Shown here piece by piece: positions 9,862 to 20,985 of a stretch of 64,000 nucleotides of DNA. The position numbers and the translations under genes were made by a program. Source of the DNA: Candidatus Omnitrophota bacterium (GTDB taxonomy: Bacteria; Omnitrophota; Gorgyraeia; B26-G9). The notes under the pieces were generated by a model. That model did not search any database. It had not been told where the DNA came from and was given only the letters and a program-made list of their open reading frames with translations. The stretch covers positions 31,299-95,298 of the forward strand of contig JBDRPX010000035.1 of NCBI GenBank assembly GCA_043826565.1. The letters run 5' to 3'. Every line of letters starts with the position of its first letter. Within the stretch, counting starts at the first letter, position 1.

Positions 9862-10608
9862 TCAAGTTACATTCGCGTGAATCGTCGGAAGAATACGTTC
9901 TTCATTAAGAAAAACATATATCTGCCCAAAAAGCCCTTTCTGGGCCACGACTATTTCTTTTTGCCTTATCAATTCTAAAACCGCGAGAAACGTAGCAATC
10001 GTTTCATATTTATTTTTAGACTCATTAAACAACTCATTGAGTAAAATCTTCCTTTTTTTAACCAGGACATGCAGCAAATCATGAATTTTCCCTTCTACAG
10101 TAAATTCATCTTTGATGATCTCCCGAAAAATATCCTTGGGAAAATCTTTTAATGCTTTAGAAAACGCACTGATCAGATCAAATACGCTTGTCTCAAAAAA
10201 TACTTCCTCTTCCCCTTCAATATCCGAAGCAACATTAACTCTTTTAAATATTTCACTTTGTTTTGTTTCCTGCTCTTCAAGGTACCCGGCAATTTCCTTA
10301 AATTTTTTATATTCTAAAAGTTTCCTAACCAGTTCATCCCGAGGATCTTCTTCTTCCTGATTTTCACCATCAGTCTCATCGGGAGGTAACAACATTTTTG
10401 ATTTGATATGCATAAGTGTCGCCGCCATAACCAAAAACTCACCGGCAATATTAAGGTCCAAAAGCCGCATTAACTCTAGATATTGCAGATACTGCTCAGT
10501 TACCTTGGACACCGGAATATCATAAATATTAAGATGGCTCTTTTTTATCAAATAGAGCAATAAGTCCAATGGCCCTTCAAAAATTTCCAACTTTATTTTA
10601 TAACTCAT
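9862..10608 (-). CDS. scpA: Segregation and condensation protein A
   Basis: FEGPLDLLLYLI, EFLVMAATLMHIKSKMLLP, FLAVLEL. Confidence 0.95.
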   Translation of the reverse strand: MSYKIKLEIFEGPLDLLLYLIKKSHLNIYDIPVSKVTEQYLQYLELMRLLDLNIAGEFLVMAATLMHIKSKMLLPPDETDGENQEEEDPRDELVRKLLEYKKFKEIAGYLEEQETKQSEIFKRVNVASDIEGEEEVFFETSVFDLISAFSKALKDFPKDIFREIIKDEFTVEGKIHDLLHVLVKKRKILLNELFNESKNKYETIATFLAVLELIRQKEIVVAQKGLFGQIYVFLNEERILPTIHANVT

Positions 10609-11588
10609 AATCCTACAACGTTTCTGACTTCATTCATCGTCGATTTAGCAATCTGTTGCGCTTTTTCTTTACCATCTGCGAGAATCTTCAATAACTGCCC
10701 TTTATCATCAAGCAAAGTCCGCCTTTTCTCCTGAATCGGAGCAAGATAATCTACCAATATCTGGCCTAATTGTTTTTTACAATCCGTACAGCCGATTTCC
10801 GCCGCCGAGCATTTTTTAGCAATCTCCTGAGGTTTTCCGGCATCGGCAAAAACTTTATAATAGCTATGTACATTGCAAACTTCCGGCCGGCCCGCATCTG
10901 TCTTCCGTAATCTTTGAGGATCCGTAAACATACTCATCACTTTTTTTCGTACGCAATCATCCGGATCACTTAACCCGATATAATTGTCATAGCTCTTAGA
11001 CATCTTTCGTCCGTCAAGCCCCAGCAAACGCGGCATCGCAGTCAATTCAGCCTGCGGCGCAGGAAAAACATTTTTCTTCATAACATTATTAAAACGTTCG
11101 GCGATTTTGCGGGTTAATTCAAGATGGGGTAACTGATCTTCACCAACCGGAACAACTTCAGCTTTATATAAGAGTATATCTGCCGCCTGCAAAACAGGGT
11201 ATCCCAAAAAAGCATAGTTATTGACCTCTCTGGTCTTCAATTCTCTTAACTGTTCTTTGTAAGTTGGGCATCGTTCCAGCCAGCCTAAAGGAGTCATACA
11301 GGAAAAAACCGTGAATAGTTCCAAGTGTTCGGGGATCTGAGATTGAATAAATAGCGTAGATTTTTTAGGATCTATGCCGCAGCTGAGCCAGTCGAGGACA
11401 TTATCCAATGAATACTCTCTAATATGCGCAGGATCTTTATACTCACTCATCAGAGCATGCCAATCAGCCACCATGAACAAACAGTCATATTTTTCCTGTA
11501 ATTGACTCCAGTTCTTAAGTGCTCCGACCAAATGACCCAAGTGCAGCTTACCCGTGGGGCGCATTCCGCTTAATATTTTTTTCTTCAT
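10605..11588 (-). CDS. trpS: Tryptophanyl-tRNA synthetase
   Basis: SGMRPTGKLHLGH, YPVLQAADIL, VGEDQ, KMSKS. Confidence 0.97.
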   Translation of the reverse strand: MKKKILSGMRPTGKLHLGHLVGALKNWSQLQEKYDCLFMVADWHALMSEYKDPAHIREYSLDNVLDWLSCGIDPKKSTLFIQSQIPEHLELFTVFSCMTPLGWLERCPTYKEQLRELKTREVNNYAFLGYPVLQAADILLYKAEVVPVGEDQLPHLELTRKIAERFNNVMKKNVFPAPQAELTAMPRLLGLDGRKMSKSYDNYIGLSDPDDCVRKKVMSMFTDPQRLRKTDAGRPEVCNVHSYYKVFADAGKPQEIAKKCSAAEIGCTDCKKQLGQILVDYLAPIQEKRRTLLDDKGQLLKILADGKEKAQQIAKSTMNEVRNVVGL

Positions 11589-11590
11589 AT

Positions 11591-13552
11591 CTAAAGTCTT
11601 CGAACTATTTTTTCGACATGAAAACATTCAATAATATCTTCGGGAAGAATACTGGCGAAGTTCTCCAATGAAATACCGCATTCTAAGCCTTCACCAACTT
11701 CTTTAACATCATCTTTATAACGTTTTAATGATTCCAGTTTTCCTTCAAACAAACACTGCTCATCACGATATAACCTTACCAATTGTGCCGAACGCATGAA
11801 TTTTCCCTTTACCACCATACATCCGGCTATTTTACCAACCTTAGTGATCTTAAATATCTGCTGAACTTTGGCCCGCCCGATGAAAATTTCCTTTATTTTA
11901 GGTTCAAGCAATCCTTCCATACTCATGCGGACATCATTAATCGCTTCATAAATAATACGATATAACCGCACATCAACACTCTTATTATCCGCCTCTTCTT
12001 TAGCTTTAGATTCAATAGTGACATGAAATCCGATAATAACCGCGTCACTGGCAACAGCCAGCATTACATCTGATTCATTAATGCTGCCGACCTGAGAATG
12101 GATAATTTTGACCACAATGTCATTTGTGCCTAATTTTTCCAAAGAACTGCCTAAAGCCTCCAGTGAACCCTGGACATCTGCTTTTATAATAATTTTGAGT
12201 TCTTTTAGTTTTCCTTCCTGCGCCTGCTCAAACAACTGGTCAAGGCTTACCCGCTGTGAAGGCATTAATTTCTGCTGACGCTGTTCATCTTTTTTTTGCA
12301 GGGTTATTTCACGGGCTCTTCTCTCATCTTCAACCACATAAAAAACATCACCGACCTGAGGAACATAATCCAACCCGAAGATCTCGACCGGAATTGCCGG
12401 TCCGGCTTCGGTAACCCGTTCTCCCAAGTCATCTATCATCGCTCTTACTTTTCCGCAAGTTTGTCCGCAAACAAAAACATCCCCAATCTTCAGTGTGCCA
12501 TTCTGAACCAAGATAGTTACCGTCGGGCCGCTGCCCTTGGAAAGTTTACTTTCAATAATTATCCCCCGCGCCGGCTTATTGGGATTAGCCTTAAGTTCCA
12601 GGATTTCCGCTTCTAAAAGAATACTCTCCAGCAGATTATCTATCCCGGTCCCCACTTTTGCGGAAACCGCTACAGTTATGGTCTTTCCACCCCAATCTTC
12701 ACTCGTAAGATCATGCTCGGCCAAACCTCTTTTTACTTTATCAATATTAGCTCCGGGCAGGTCAATCTTATTAATGGCCACTACTATCGGGACCCCGGCA
12801 GCTTTAGCATGATTAATCGCTTCTATTGTCTGCGGCATCAGCCCGTCATCAGCCGCGACAACCAGGATAACGATATCCGTTACCTGTGCTCCGCGTGCCC
12901 TCATCGCGGTAAATGCCTCATGGCCGGGGGTATCTAAAAAAGTGATCGTTCCATTTTTGAGTTTAACTTTATAAGCGCCGATATGCTGCGTAATGCCGCC
13001 GGATTCTCTTAGCGTTAGATTGGACCGGCGAATAACATCAAGTAAAGACGTCTTTCCATGATCTACATGCCCCATAAGGGTAACTACAGGAGAGCGCGGC
13101 ATAAGCTCATCATCATCTGCATCTGATTCTTTATGTTGAGAAAGCAATTCTTCTTCTTTAGTAGGTTTCTCTTCTAATAAAACATCATATTCCAAAGCAA
13201 TTGCCTGCACCGTATCCTGATCTAGGCGAGTGTTAATATTGGCCATCACTTTATTTTTCATCAACTTTTTGATAATTTCGGTAGCGGAAATCTGCAGTTT
13301 AACAGATAGATCTTTCACTGTTAAAGGAAAAGAAACCAGGACTTTTTTCATTTCTTGTTTTTTCTTTTCTGCCTTCTCTTTTTTTACCTCTTCTTTTTTT
13401 CCCAGTAACTCATGACGTACTATTTCCGTAGTATCATCGTCTAAAGCACTCATGTGCCCCTTAACTTCAACATGCATACCCTTAAGTATTTTTACCAGTT
13501 CTTTACTGGAAACCCCGATTTCTTTAGCTAATTCGTATACACGAACACTCAT
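11591..13552 (-). CDS. infB: Translation initiation factor IF-2
   Basis: RVYELAKE N-domain, [20 protein letters not shown]. Confidence 0.98.
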   Translation of the reverse strand: MSVRVYELAKEIGVSSKELVKILKGMHVEVKGHMSALDDDTTEIVRHELLGKKEEVKKEKAEKKKQEMKKVLVSFPLTVKDLSVKLQISATEIIKKLMKNKVMANINTRLDQDTVQAIALEYDVLLEEKPTKEEELLSQHKESDADDDELMPRSPVVTLMGHVDHGKTSLLDVIRRSNLTLRESGGITQHIGAYKVKLKNGTITFLDTPGHEAFTAMRARGAQVTDIVILVVAADDGLMPQTIEAINHAKAAGVPIVVAINKIDLPGANIDKVKRGLAEHDLTSEDWGGKTITVAVSAKVGTGIDNLLESILLEAEILELKANPNKPARGIIIESKLSKGSGPTVTILVQNGTLKIGDVFVCGQTCGKVRAMIDDLGERVTEAGPAIPVEIFGLDYVPQVGDVFYVVEDERRAREITLQKKDEQRQQKLMPSQRVSLDQLFEQAQEGKLKELKIIIKADVQGSLEALGSSLEKLGTNDIVVKIIHSQVGSINESDVMLAVASDAVIIGFHVTIESKAKEEADNKSVDVRLYRIIYEAINDVRMSMEGLLEPKIKEIFIGRAKVQQIFKITKVGKIAGCMVVKGKFMRSAQLVRLYRDEQCLFEGKLESLKRYKDDVKEVGEGLECGISLENFASILPEDIIECFHVEKIVRRL

Positions 13553-13562
13553 AAGTAATTAC

Positions 13563-14708
13563 CTATACCACTTTCTTAGCTTCTTCTATAATCTGTTCAG
13601 CACGCTTTTTGCCCACGCCCTTTACTTTTGTTAATTCATCGGCGCTAGCTTGCGCCAATGATTGAACATTATCATACCCTGCTTCAATAAGCGCTTCTTT
13701 AGTCTTGCCTCCGATGCCCGTCAGCTGCGCAAAAGATTCTTCTTTTTTCCTGTCTTTTTCCTTCTTATCTTTTTCAATTTGCGCGTGGCTTCCGATATTT
13801 ATTGACCAGCCTATTAATTTCGAAGCCAGCCGGACATTTTGTCCGCGTTTACCTATAGCTAAAGAAAGAAACTCATCATCAACAACAATATCAACTTTAT
13901 TTTCTTTTGGATCAAGACAGATATCCAGAATCTTCGCCGGACTCAATGCCGCTTTAATATATTCTTTAACATCTTCATTCCAACGAACGATGTCTACTTT
14001 TTCTCCATGCAGCTCGCGCACTATATTTTTAATCCGGGAACCGCGCACCCCGACACAAGCACCCACGCAATCAATTTTATCATCTTTAGAACTTACCGCC
14101 ACTTTAGTTCTCTCCCCGGCTAAACGAGCAATCGATTTAATTTCCACAATCCCTTCATAAATTTCCGGAACTTCCAGTTCAAAAAGACGTTTCACAAATC
14201 CCGCGTTTGTTCTTGATAAGATAATCTGCGGCCCTCGATTAGTCTTTTTCACATCAAGAATTAGAGCCCTGACTCTTTCACCCTGCCGGAATTCTTCTTT
14301 TGGCAAAAGTTCTCTCGTCGATAAAACGCCTTCAGTCTTGCCCAAATCAACAATTATATTTCCCTTTTCAAAACGGTGGACGATCCCATTAGTAATATCC
14401 CCAACTTTAGCCTGATAATCACTAAAAACTACTTCCCGTTCCGCTTCTCTAATCTTTTGGGTGATTATCTGTTTTGCCATCTGCGCGGCAATCCGTCCAA
14501 AATCTCCGGATTTTATCTCTTTACCGTCCTGGGTAACTTTTATCTGTCCTGACTCAGGATCAATCGATACAGCTAAATTTGCCGTCTCTCCGAAACGCTT
14601 ACGCGCAGCAGAAAGCAAAGCCGATTCAATAGCCGAAATAATAACCGTCTTATCAACACCTTTTTCTCTCTCAATATGATCTAAAACCGATAATAACTCA
14701 TTATTCAT
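13563..14708 (-). CDS. nusA: Transcription termination/antitermination factor NusA with C-terminal HhH domain
   Basis: FGRIAAQ, LFELEVPEI, GACVGVRGSR, AIGKRGQNVRLAS. Confidence 0.97.
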   Translation of the reverse strand: MNNELLSVLDHIEREKGVDKTVIISAIESALLSAARKRFGETANLAVSIDPESGQIKVTQDGKEIKSGDFGRIAAQMAKQIITQKIREAEREVVFSDYQAKVGDITNGIVHRFEKGNIIVDLGKTEGVLSTRELLPKEEFRQGERVRALILDVKKTNRGPQIILSRTNAGFVKRLFELEVPEIYEGIVEIKSIARLAGERTKVAVSSKDDKIDCVGACVGVRGSRIKNIVRELHGEKVDIVRWNEDVKEYIKAALSPAKILDICLDPKENKVDIVVDDEFLSLAIGKRGQNVRLASKLIGWSINIGSHAQIEKDKKEKDRKKEESFAQLTGIGGKTKEALIEAGYDNVQSLAQASADELTKVKGVGKKRAEQIIEEAKKVV

Positions 14709-14710
14709 AA

Positions 14711-15175
14711 CTACCACCTAACTTCTAATTTTGCTTTAACAATTTCATCTATATTTAAACTAAATTTTTCATTATCTTCAGTTTGTATCTCTACAATATT
14801 CTGCTCAACCGCGGTTATTACCCCGGTTATATTTGTTTTTTTCTCCATTACCGGCACCCGGGTAATAAAGCTTACGGTTTTCCCCTTGGCCCAGACAAAA
14901 TCAGATTCTTTTTTCAAATCCCTATCTAATCCGGGCGAAGATACTTCTAAAGTATAATCATTACCCAATGCGCCATTTTCATCAAAAATTTCGCGTAAGT
15001 GCTTATTAATAGAAGCGCAATCGTCTAGGGTAATTCCGGTTCTTTCCTTATCCACTGTGATTTTTATATCACAACCTCGCTTAGAAGACTTCACATCAAG
15101 GTCAATTAGCATAAAATCCTGTCCCTTTAAAGCCTTCTCGACCACCTGTCTTGCTATATCTTGAATATTACTCAT
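14711..15175 (-). CDS. rimP: Ribosome maturation factor RimP
   Basis: GITLDDC, YTLEVSSPGLDR; upstream of nusA. Confidence 0.93.
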   Translation of the reverse strand: MSNIQDIARQVVEKALKGQDFMLIDLDVKSSKRGCDIKITVDKERTGITLDDCASINKHLREIFDENGALGNDYTLEVSSPGLDRDLKKESDFVWAKGKTVSFITRVPVMEKKTNITGVITAVEQNIVEIQTEDNEKFSLNIDEIVKAKLEVRW

Positions 15176-15187
15176 AAAATTTTCCAC

Positions 15188-15216
15188 AAAAAAAGCGGGA
15201 ATAATCTCCCACTTCT
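15188..15216 (-). promoter_or_regulatory. rimP leader attenuator hairpin
   Basis: AAGTGGGA-GATTAT-TCCCGCTTTTTTT immediately before rimP, like the known rimP-leader terminator. Confidence 0.75.
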
Positions 15217-15247
15217 TATTTTGACTACCCGCGACTAATCTTAATAT

Positions 15248-15275
15248 ATTATACTATTTAAAAAAATCTTGTCAA
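15248..15275 (-). promoter_or_regulatory. Sigma70 promoter of the rimP-nusA-infB operon
   Basis: TTGACA-N16-TATAAT. Confidence 0.75.
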
Positions 15276-15293
15276 GTTAAACAAAAATTATCC

Positions 15294-16967
15294 TCACTTA
15301 GTTAAATTCTCGGAATTGCCTACCTCACCCGTAGCCTTACCTTGTATCTCTATCGCTGTCTTCACTTTACCCAGAATCTCCTTTAACTGTTCTTCTTCGA
15401 TATCGAGAACTTTTTTGCGTTCCATAGCGACAGCTTGTCTTTTAACATCTTCTTTTTCTTTAGGATCTTCCGGAACCTCTGAAGTGGAAAGAACTTCCCG
15501 CAAAAGTTTCTCATCCTGCTCTTCCAAAGTAAGGCCTTCCTCACCCATCATTTTTTTTCTTCTGGCAGCTTCACTAGCCGCTATCTCCTTAGCCTGTCTC
15601 TTTTCTTTACGCTTATTCATATAACCGTCAAATCTCTCTAACTCTGAATCTTCATCAATAGTCAAAGGCTTTTTCTGATCAAGCGCCAGGAACATATCAA
15701 TTTCCTTATCCGTAAGCCTTGTATCCCCAATTATATGCGGAGTAACAAATATCATTAATTCCGTTTCTACTTTACTAATAACTTTTTTCTTAAAGAATAA
15801 ACCAAAAAATGGGATATCCCCAAACCCGGGAATTTTATCATAGGTTACAGTATCATTTACTTTCCGCAATCCTCCAATAACAATTGTCTGTCCGTCTTTT
15901 ACGAGAAGATTTGTTTCGGCTTTACGATAATCAATAACCGGGTTATCCAGAATTTCCGCGGATTTAAAACTTTGTTCCGGCTTAACATTCATAGATATGA
16001 AATTCCCGCTGGTAATATGAGGAGTTACATATAGTTTTATCCCAGCTTCTTTAAATTTTACGTTTGTCGTTGTTCCTGATCCGGAATCAACAGTTTCAAA
16101 ATACGGGATTTCCTCAGTTATTTCAATTTTCGCCTCCTGATTATCCAAAGTCAATACTTTTGGATTAGCCAGAATTTCCGCTCTATTCTCCTGCTGCCAA
16201 AGATCCAGCAAAGCACTTAAATTAAGAGCATCCAGTACCGCGGAAAACTCAAACACACCGCGATTTTCGAGTGAACTATTTTCCATCACATGCTGATAAT
16301 AATTTCCACTGCCCTTTTCATCAACTAACAGATTTACTCCGCGGCGTTCATCCTTAGTTATCTTTACATCAACCATCATTGCTTCTATCAATACCTGCGG
16401 GGTATCCGTATCCAAGGCAATAGCCGCGGCTTCAACTTTATCAACCACATCAGGGATATCCGTAATTATAAGAGAATTAGTCCTTTTATCTACAGTAATA
16501 CTTCCGCGTTTACTAAGAACTTTTGCCAATGAAGCTTTAAGCTCTTCTACATCAGCAAAATTAAGCGGAATGATTTTTGTTGTCAGAGGAACTTTTGTCT
16601 CTTCATCAAGTGCCCGCTGCAAACTCATTACCCGTAAAAGTTTTCCTTCTTTTTTATAAGTAAAATTATATGTTTTTAAAATGGCATCAAGCGCATTCTC
16701 CCAGGGGACATCTTTAAGCTGCACACTTACTTTTGCCGTTACGTCATCACCGGCAATTATGTTCACTCCGCCCTTATATGCCAGAATATTCAATACTTCA
16801 CGCATATCCGTGTCTCTAAAAGTTATCGACACTGTTCCTGTTGTGCTGAAATCATCAGCTTCCCCGGCTTTACACGGATCAAGCCCACATACCCCAAAGC
16901 AAACAAGCATAGACAATAACAAAAACCTGCTTATCCGCTTCTTTTTTTGATAATTAAATACTCTCAT
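15294..16967 (-). CDS. pilQ: Type IV pilus secretin
   Basis: N0 domain (SITFRDTDMREVL), VDKRTNSLII, PQVLIEA, NPKVLTLDNQEA, DGQTIVIGGL, ELMIFVTPHII. Confidence 0.92.
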   Translation of the reverse strand: MRVFNYQKKKRISRFLLLSMLVCFGVCGLDPCKAGEADDFSTTGTVSITFRDTDMREVLNILAYKGGVNIIAGDDVTAKVSVQLKDVPWENALDAILKTYNFTYKKEGKLLRVMSLQRALDEETKVPLTTKIIPLNFADVEELKASLAKVLSKRGSITVDKRTNSLIITDIPDVVDKVEAAAIALDTDTPQVLIEAMMVDVKITKDERRGVNLLVDEKGSGNYYQHVMENSSLENRGVFEFSAVLDALNLSALLDLWQQENRAEILANPKVLTLDNQEAKIEITEEIPYFETVDSGSGTTTNVKFKEAGIKLYVTPHITSGNFISMNVKPEQSFKSAEILDNPVIDYRKAETNLLVKDGQTIVIGGLRKVNDTVTYDKIPGFGDIPFFGLFFKKKVISKVETELMIFVTPHIIGDTRLTDKEIDMFLALDQKKPLTIDEDSELERFDGYMNKRKEKRQAKEIAASEAARRKKMMGEEGLTLEEQDEKLLREVLSTSEVPEDPKEKEDVKRQAVAMERKKVLDIEEEQLKEILGKVKTAIEIQGKATGEVGNSENLTK

Positions 16968-17408
16968 TTAATCCTCCTTGACAATCTCGTTTTCCTTTTT
17001 TACAAGTGATATTACCTGGGTTAAGTCCTGATACCCGACAACAACACTATCTTCTTTTATATCCATAACAAACAATCCGTTAATGTTATCCCCTTTTTTG
17101 CGGATTTTATTATTAATCATTACTAACGGCATTTGCTCATCCCATAATATTCCGTTGATCGTAATATTCGCTAATAGTTTCCTGAACTCTTCCTCTCTGA
17201 GTACCGGCTCAAGTTTAGGCTTAGTCCCCTGGACATCTAAAAGAGGGATAAAAGGATCTCGTTCATTTTTAATAGTATAGACAAAAGATTGCACCATACT
17301 ATCATCATCAATACCAAACTCTTCGGCCTCTATCTCGGCATAGGCCTTAGATGAAAGCAACAAAACCGTTAATAATAAAATACAAACTTTTATATTGCGC
17401 TTCATCAT
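16968..17408 (-). CDS. pilP: PilP-like alignment protein
   Basis: Signal peptide, RDPFIP motif, GILWD...MINN beta domain; lies between pilO and pilQ. Confidence 0.65.
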   Translation of the reverse strand: MMKRNIKVCILLLTVLLLSSKAYAEIEAEEFGIDDDSMVQSFVYTIKNERDPFIPLLDVQGTKPKLEPVLREEEFRKLLANITINGILWDEQMPLVMINNKIRKKGDNINGLFVMDIKEDSVVVGYQDLTQVISLVKKENEIVKED

Positions 17409-17412
17409 TTTT

Positions 17413-18015
17413 CTATAATGCTCCCTTGGGTTTTCTCTCTGATTTAGCTCTAGTGCTTAATGAATACGAACTCACTTTTAAATGTACGGTATGCTGATGC
17501 GGTTCAGACTGATCCGGAGATATTTGAAAACTGTCAATTTCCATAAATCTTCCGGAACGCTCAATCAGGTTAATAAACTTTCCCAGATTATGATACGCTG
17601 CTTTTAAGGATAGCTGTATCGGCACCTGCAGATAACTATCTTCACTTTCTTCTGAAATTTTAATTTCATCAACATCAAGCGGTTCTATGGAAATAAAAAC
17701 CACCCCGCTATCTTTACCCATTTTGATAAGTGAATCTAAAACCTCCGGAACATTAATTTCTTGCGGAAGTCTCTTTTCATAATAGCTGATTTTCTTCTTA
17801 ATGTTTTCTACTTCTTCAGTTAATTTATTCTTATCGGCAAATACCGTTTCGGCATTTTTCAGCTGATTCATTATTTGTTTTTCCTCAGCAGAAAGTTTCA
17901 TCAGCCTGGATACCAAAGGCATAAAAACAAACATTACATAAAAAACCAAAAACACAAACACTATAAGTATTCCGGCAATCAAATATTGATTTTTTTCCAG
18001 TGTCGCTTTATCCAT
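17413..18015 (-). CDS. pilO: Type IV pilus assembly protein PilO
   Basis: TM segment, coiled coil, RLPQEINVPEVL, YHNLGKFINLIE..GRFMEI. Confidence 0.88.
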   Translation of the reverse strand: MDKATLEKNQYLIAGILIVFVFLVFYVMFVFMPLVSRLMKLSAEEKQIMNQLKNAETVFADKNKLTEEVENIKKKISYYEKRLPQEINVPEVLDSLIKMGKDSGVVFISIEPLDVDEIKISEESEDSYLQVPIQLSLKAAYHNLGKFINLIERSGRFMEIDSFQISPDQSEPHQHTVHLKVSSYSLSTRAKSERKPKGAL

Positions 18016-18026
18016 ATAAACACACC

Positions 18027-19691
18027 TTACCTTAACATCGCCTGTATTTCAAAACGCATAACTGTAGACTCACCGATCCGATCACGAAAGGTTTTAATCA
18101 ACTCTACATTTTTAAAATCATCAGCAAAATCAGAATTGTTTTTTAAATTGTTTATTAAATTATTGATAGAAAAGAGCATTTGGTCGCTATCCGCCGCAAA
18201 AGCAACTCCGTTAAGATTTAAAAACTGGCGTATTTCCTTTTTACGAAATGCCGTATCCATCAACCTGGTAAACTCATCTTCGTATCTCTTATCCGCGACA
18301 TCCATATTAGTAGTAAAAAGTCCGGTCAACCAGATATCTTTAGGTAAGACACTGCTGATTTCCTGTAATTTCTGAGCCCAGCTTATCCGGCGCTTAAGCA
18401 GGCCCCGAATGCCGTTCATTTGGTTGTCGAGTGTCGCTCTGGCTGTTTTTAAAGCATCTATTTCATCCATAACTAATGTTAAATCACCGTATTTCTGCTG
18501 CAGCCTGGCTTTATTTGCTTCTTTGATTTTAAGCTGCGTAAGCACCATTATCCAAATACCCACCAGCACAAAAGCTACGGCTCCGGATATGTAAATGTAT
18601 TTTTTGTATTGCCCAAAAAGTTCTACCAGCTTGTTTCTATTAACCTTAGCTTTTGTTGTGGAAAGATTAATATCAAAAGCACGGTGACAAGCAAGCCCCG
18701 CGCAAAGAGCCAACATCTTGGAATTATGCTCCAGATCCGTCTTTTTAAAAACCGCTGGATCGTAAGCTACATTAGCCATCGGATTCCATATTTTGACATT
18801 TAAACCAAGAACATTATGCAGGTATTTATCCACATTCTTAAACATGGTAATTCTACCGCTCAAATAAATCTCTTCAACATTATCTCTGCCCTGACTTTCG
18901 TAAAACTCTATTGTTCTTCTGATCTGGTTTGATAATGCGTTCAATATAAATAGACACAACTCATAAAGATCGTCACTTCCCAACACTCCCTTAAGAGAAC
19001 TAATATTGTTAAAATCTAATTCCATCTCTTTGGGTAAGGCATCTACCAAATTACTCCAGGCGACAAAACCATCTTTGGTAAGGCCGACAATTCTACCTCT
19101 GATAATGTCAACATTAGTAACCTCCATACCCACATTTATAATCGCAATGGTTTTATCCGGAGAAACCTGAGGACCGTTGATATAAAAACAATTCAATAAA
19201 CTGAATGTATCAACCTCTATAAATCCGCACTCATAACCGGCAGAAGTTATCAGACTCGCATAATTCTCAATTAAATCTTTTTTTGCCGCAACCAGGATTA
19301 CCCGGGTTTTTGTTTCCGCGATACTTTTATCTAAAACAGAATAATAATCAAAAACAATATCTTCCATTTTATAATGGACCTGCCGTTCAACCTCAAACTT
19401 CAATGCTTTACGAATTTCCGCATCACCCATTTGCGGCCAATGAATATCACGCACCACGACAGATTCACCGGACACCGAAATATTCACCTTAAATTTTTTT
19501 TTCTTTAACGGAAGTTTTTGGATTACATCTTTAATAGCATTTATAATTCCCTGTCTTCCTTCCCGAAAATTAACCTCGACCATTTCTAATCCAAGTAATT
19601 TATTTTCTTTTTCATTAGACGCAATATAGATAGCCTTAACCAGGCCATCGCCGATCTCCAATCCGACTGACTCTTTGTATTTACTGAACAT
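18027..19691 (-). CDS. pilM: PilM-PilN fusion protein
   Basis: Actin-like PilM (VGLEIG, EVERQVHY, ILVAAKK, LSGRI), then INLS, a TM segment, a coiled coil and the PilN domain (ISWAQKLQEISSVLPKDIWLT). Confidence 0.85.
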   Translation of the reverse strand: MFSKYKESVGLEIGDGLVKAIYIASNEKENKLLGLEMVEVNFREGRQGIINAIKDVIQKLPLKKKKFKVNISVSGESVVVRDIHWPQMGDAEIRKALKFEVERQVHYKMEDIVFDYYSVLDKSIAETKTRVILVAAKKDLIENYASLITSAGYECGFIEVDTFSLLNCFYINGPQVSPDKTIAIINVGMEVTNVDIIRGRIVGLTKDGFVAWSNLVDALPKEMELDFNNISSLKGVLGSDDLYELCLFILNALSNQIRRTIEFYESQGRDNVEEIYLSGRITMFKNVDKYLHNVLGLNVKIWNPMANVAYDPAVFKKTDLEHNSKMLALCAGLACHRAFDINLSTTKAKVNRNKLVELFGQYKKYIYISGAVAFVLVGIWIMVLTQLKIKEANKARLQQKYGDLTLVMDEIDALKTARATLDNQMNGIRGLLKRRISWAQKLQEISSVLPKDIWLTGLFTTNMDVADKRYEDEFTRLMDTAFRKKEIRQFLNLNGVAFAADSDQMLFSINNLINNLKNNSDFADDFKNVELIKTFRDRIGESTVMRFEIQAMLR

Positions 19692-20976
19692 GAAACTCCT
19701 CCGGCTCCGGATAACAAACCCTGTTTCTTCCTTCGTGTTTGGCTTTATAAAGCATTTCGTCAGCTTTTTGAATCAACTGATCCATACCCATGGCTTTATC
19801 TTCCGGGAATTTACGCACGACAACACCGACACTAATCGTAAGCTTAATATGTTTATCACCCTGCATTATAAAATCTTCTTTTTCCACGCTCAGACGTAGA
19901 CGTTCGGCAATAGAGAATTGGTCCCCTTCTTTTTCCGCGAGGCCGGGAAGCACAACAACAAATTCTTCGCCGCCATAACGAGCACAAATATCTGTCATAC
20001 GAATACTCTGACTTAAAATTTGCGCGATTTTTTTCAGAACCATATCTCCGTCCTGATGTCCGTAAGTATCATTAATATTCTTAAAATAATCAATATCAAT
20101 CATCAGCAGGCTCATCGGCAATAACTGACGATTACAAAATTCCAACTCTTCATTTATACGTTTTTGTAAAAATGTACGGTTATAAAGCTGAGTTAACCTA
20201 TCCACAGAAGCAAGCCCGCGATGAATCGCGCTTCCTAAAGCAATCGCTCCTTCAGAAACAAGTAGTAGAAAAAATTCTTCTTCATTTTTAATTCTCATGG
20301 CCGCGCTCTCACCGCAAAAAACTACGATAATACCCCAAACTTCATCTTCAAGCACAAGCGGTATCAAAGCAAGAGCGGAAAGCCGGGCCAGATAAGCCGG
20401 CCGTTCTCCTTTTAGAAAATACGATGTCGCCGCGTCATTTCCAAAAGCATCGCCCCGGTCGGTAAAAATTTTTTTCGTTAACATTACCTTCTTGAGCAAT
20501 TCATCAGACTGCTTATATCGCAGAGCCTTTAACATACTGCGGTCAAAATTACAACCCGTCACATAGTCAAATTCATCAGTTCCCGGATCCTGGCAAAGTA
20601 AAAAACATTGGCTATCTCCCGACATATCGGCAGTGATTTTGGAAAACATATTCACGATCAATCTCAATAACTGATCCTTATTTATTGCGGAAGCAAGATC
20701 CTTCCCGAAATTTCTTAACTGAGCAAATTGCTCACGCTGGCGTTTTTCTTTTCTTCTTATTTCCTGAATAATTTCTTCTTTTTCATTTTGAAAAGACGCG
20801 ACAACTGCTTTTAATTCTTCTTCTACTTTAGAAGCATTGATTTTTAAATAAATTGCCGCGGCTAAAAAAGGCCCGCTAACCAGCAGTAAGGCCCCGCCCA
20901 TTAATGGTTTTATAAATAAAAATGCGATTATGAAAATTATGCCTACTGCCAATAATACAATTAAAAATTTCTGCAT
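19681..20976 (-). CDS. Membrane-anchored GAF-GGDEF diguanylate cyclase
   Basis: Two N-terminal TM segments, GAF-like region, DRLTQLYNR, DIDYFKNINDTYGHQDGD, RMTD I-site and GGEEF. Confidence 0.93.
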   Translation of the reverse strand: MQKFLIVLLAVGIIFIIAFLFIKPLMGGALLLVSGPFLAAAIYLKINASKVEEELKAVVASFQNEKEEIIQEIRRKEKRQREQFAQLRNFGKDLASAINKDQLLRLIVNMFSKITADMSGDSQCFLLCQDPGTDEFDYVTGCNFDRSMLKALRYKQSDELLKKVMLTKKIFTDRGDAFGNDAATSYFLKGERPAYLARLSALALIPLVLEDEVWGIIVVFCGESAAMRIKNEEEFFLLLVSEGAIALGSAIHRGLASVDRLTQLYNRTFLQKRINEELEFCNRQLLPMSLLMIDIDYFKNINDTYGHQDGDMVLKKIAQILSQSIRMTDICARYGGEEFVVVLPGLAEKEGDQFSIAERLRLSVEKEDFIMQGDKHIKLTISVGVVVRKFPEDKAMGMDQLIQKADEMLYKAKHEGRNRVCYPEPEEFHVQ

Positions 20977-20985
20977 GCTCTTACC

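Noticed and set aside
19681-20976. Possible Hypr-type GGDEF (3'3'-cGAMP synthase) with cGAMP riboswitches
   Set aside because: The specificity Asp in GHQDGD is retained and both aptamers have G at the G20-equivalent position, which points to c-di-GMP
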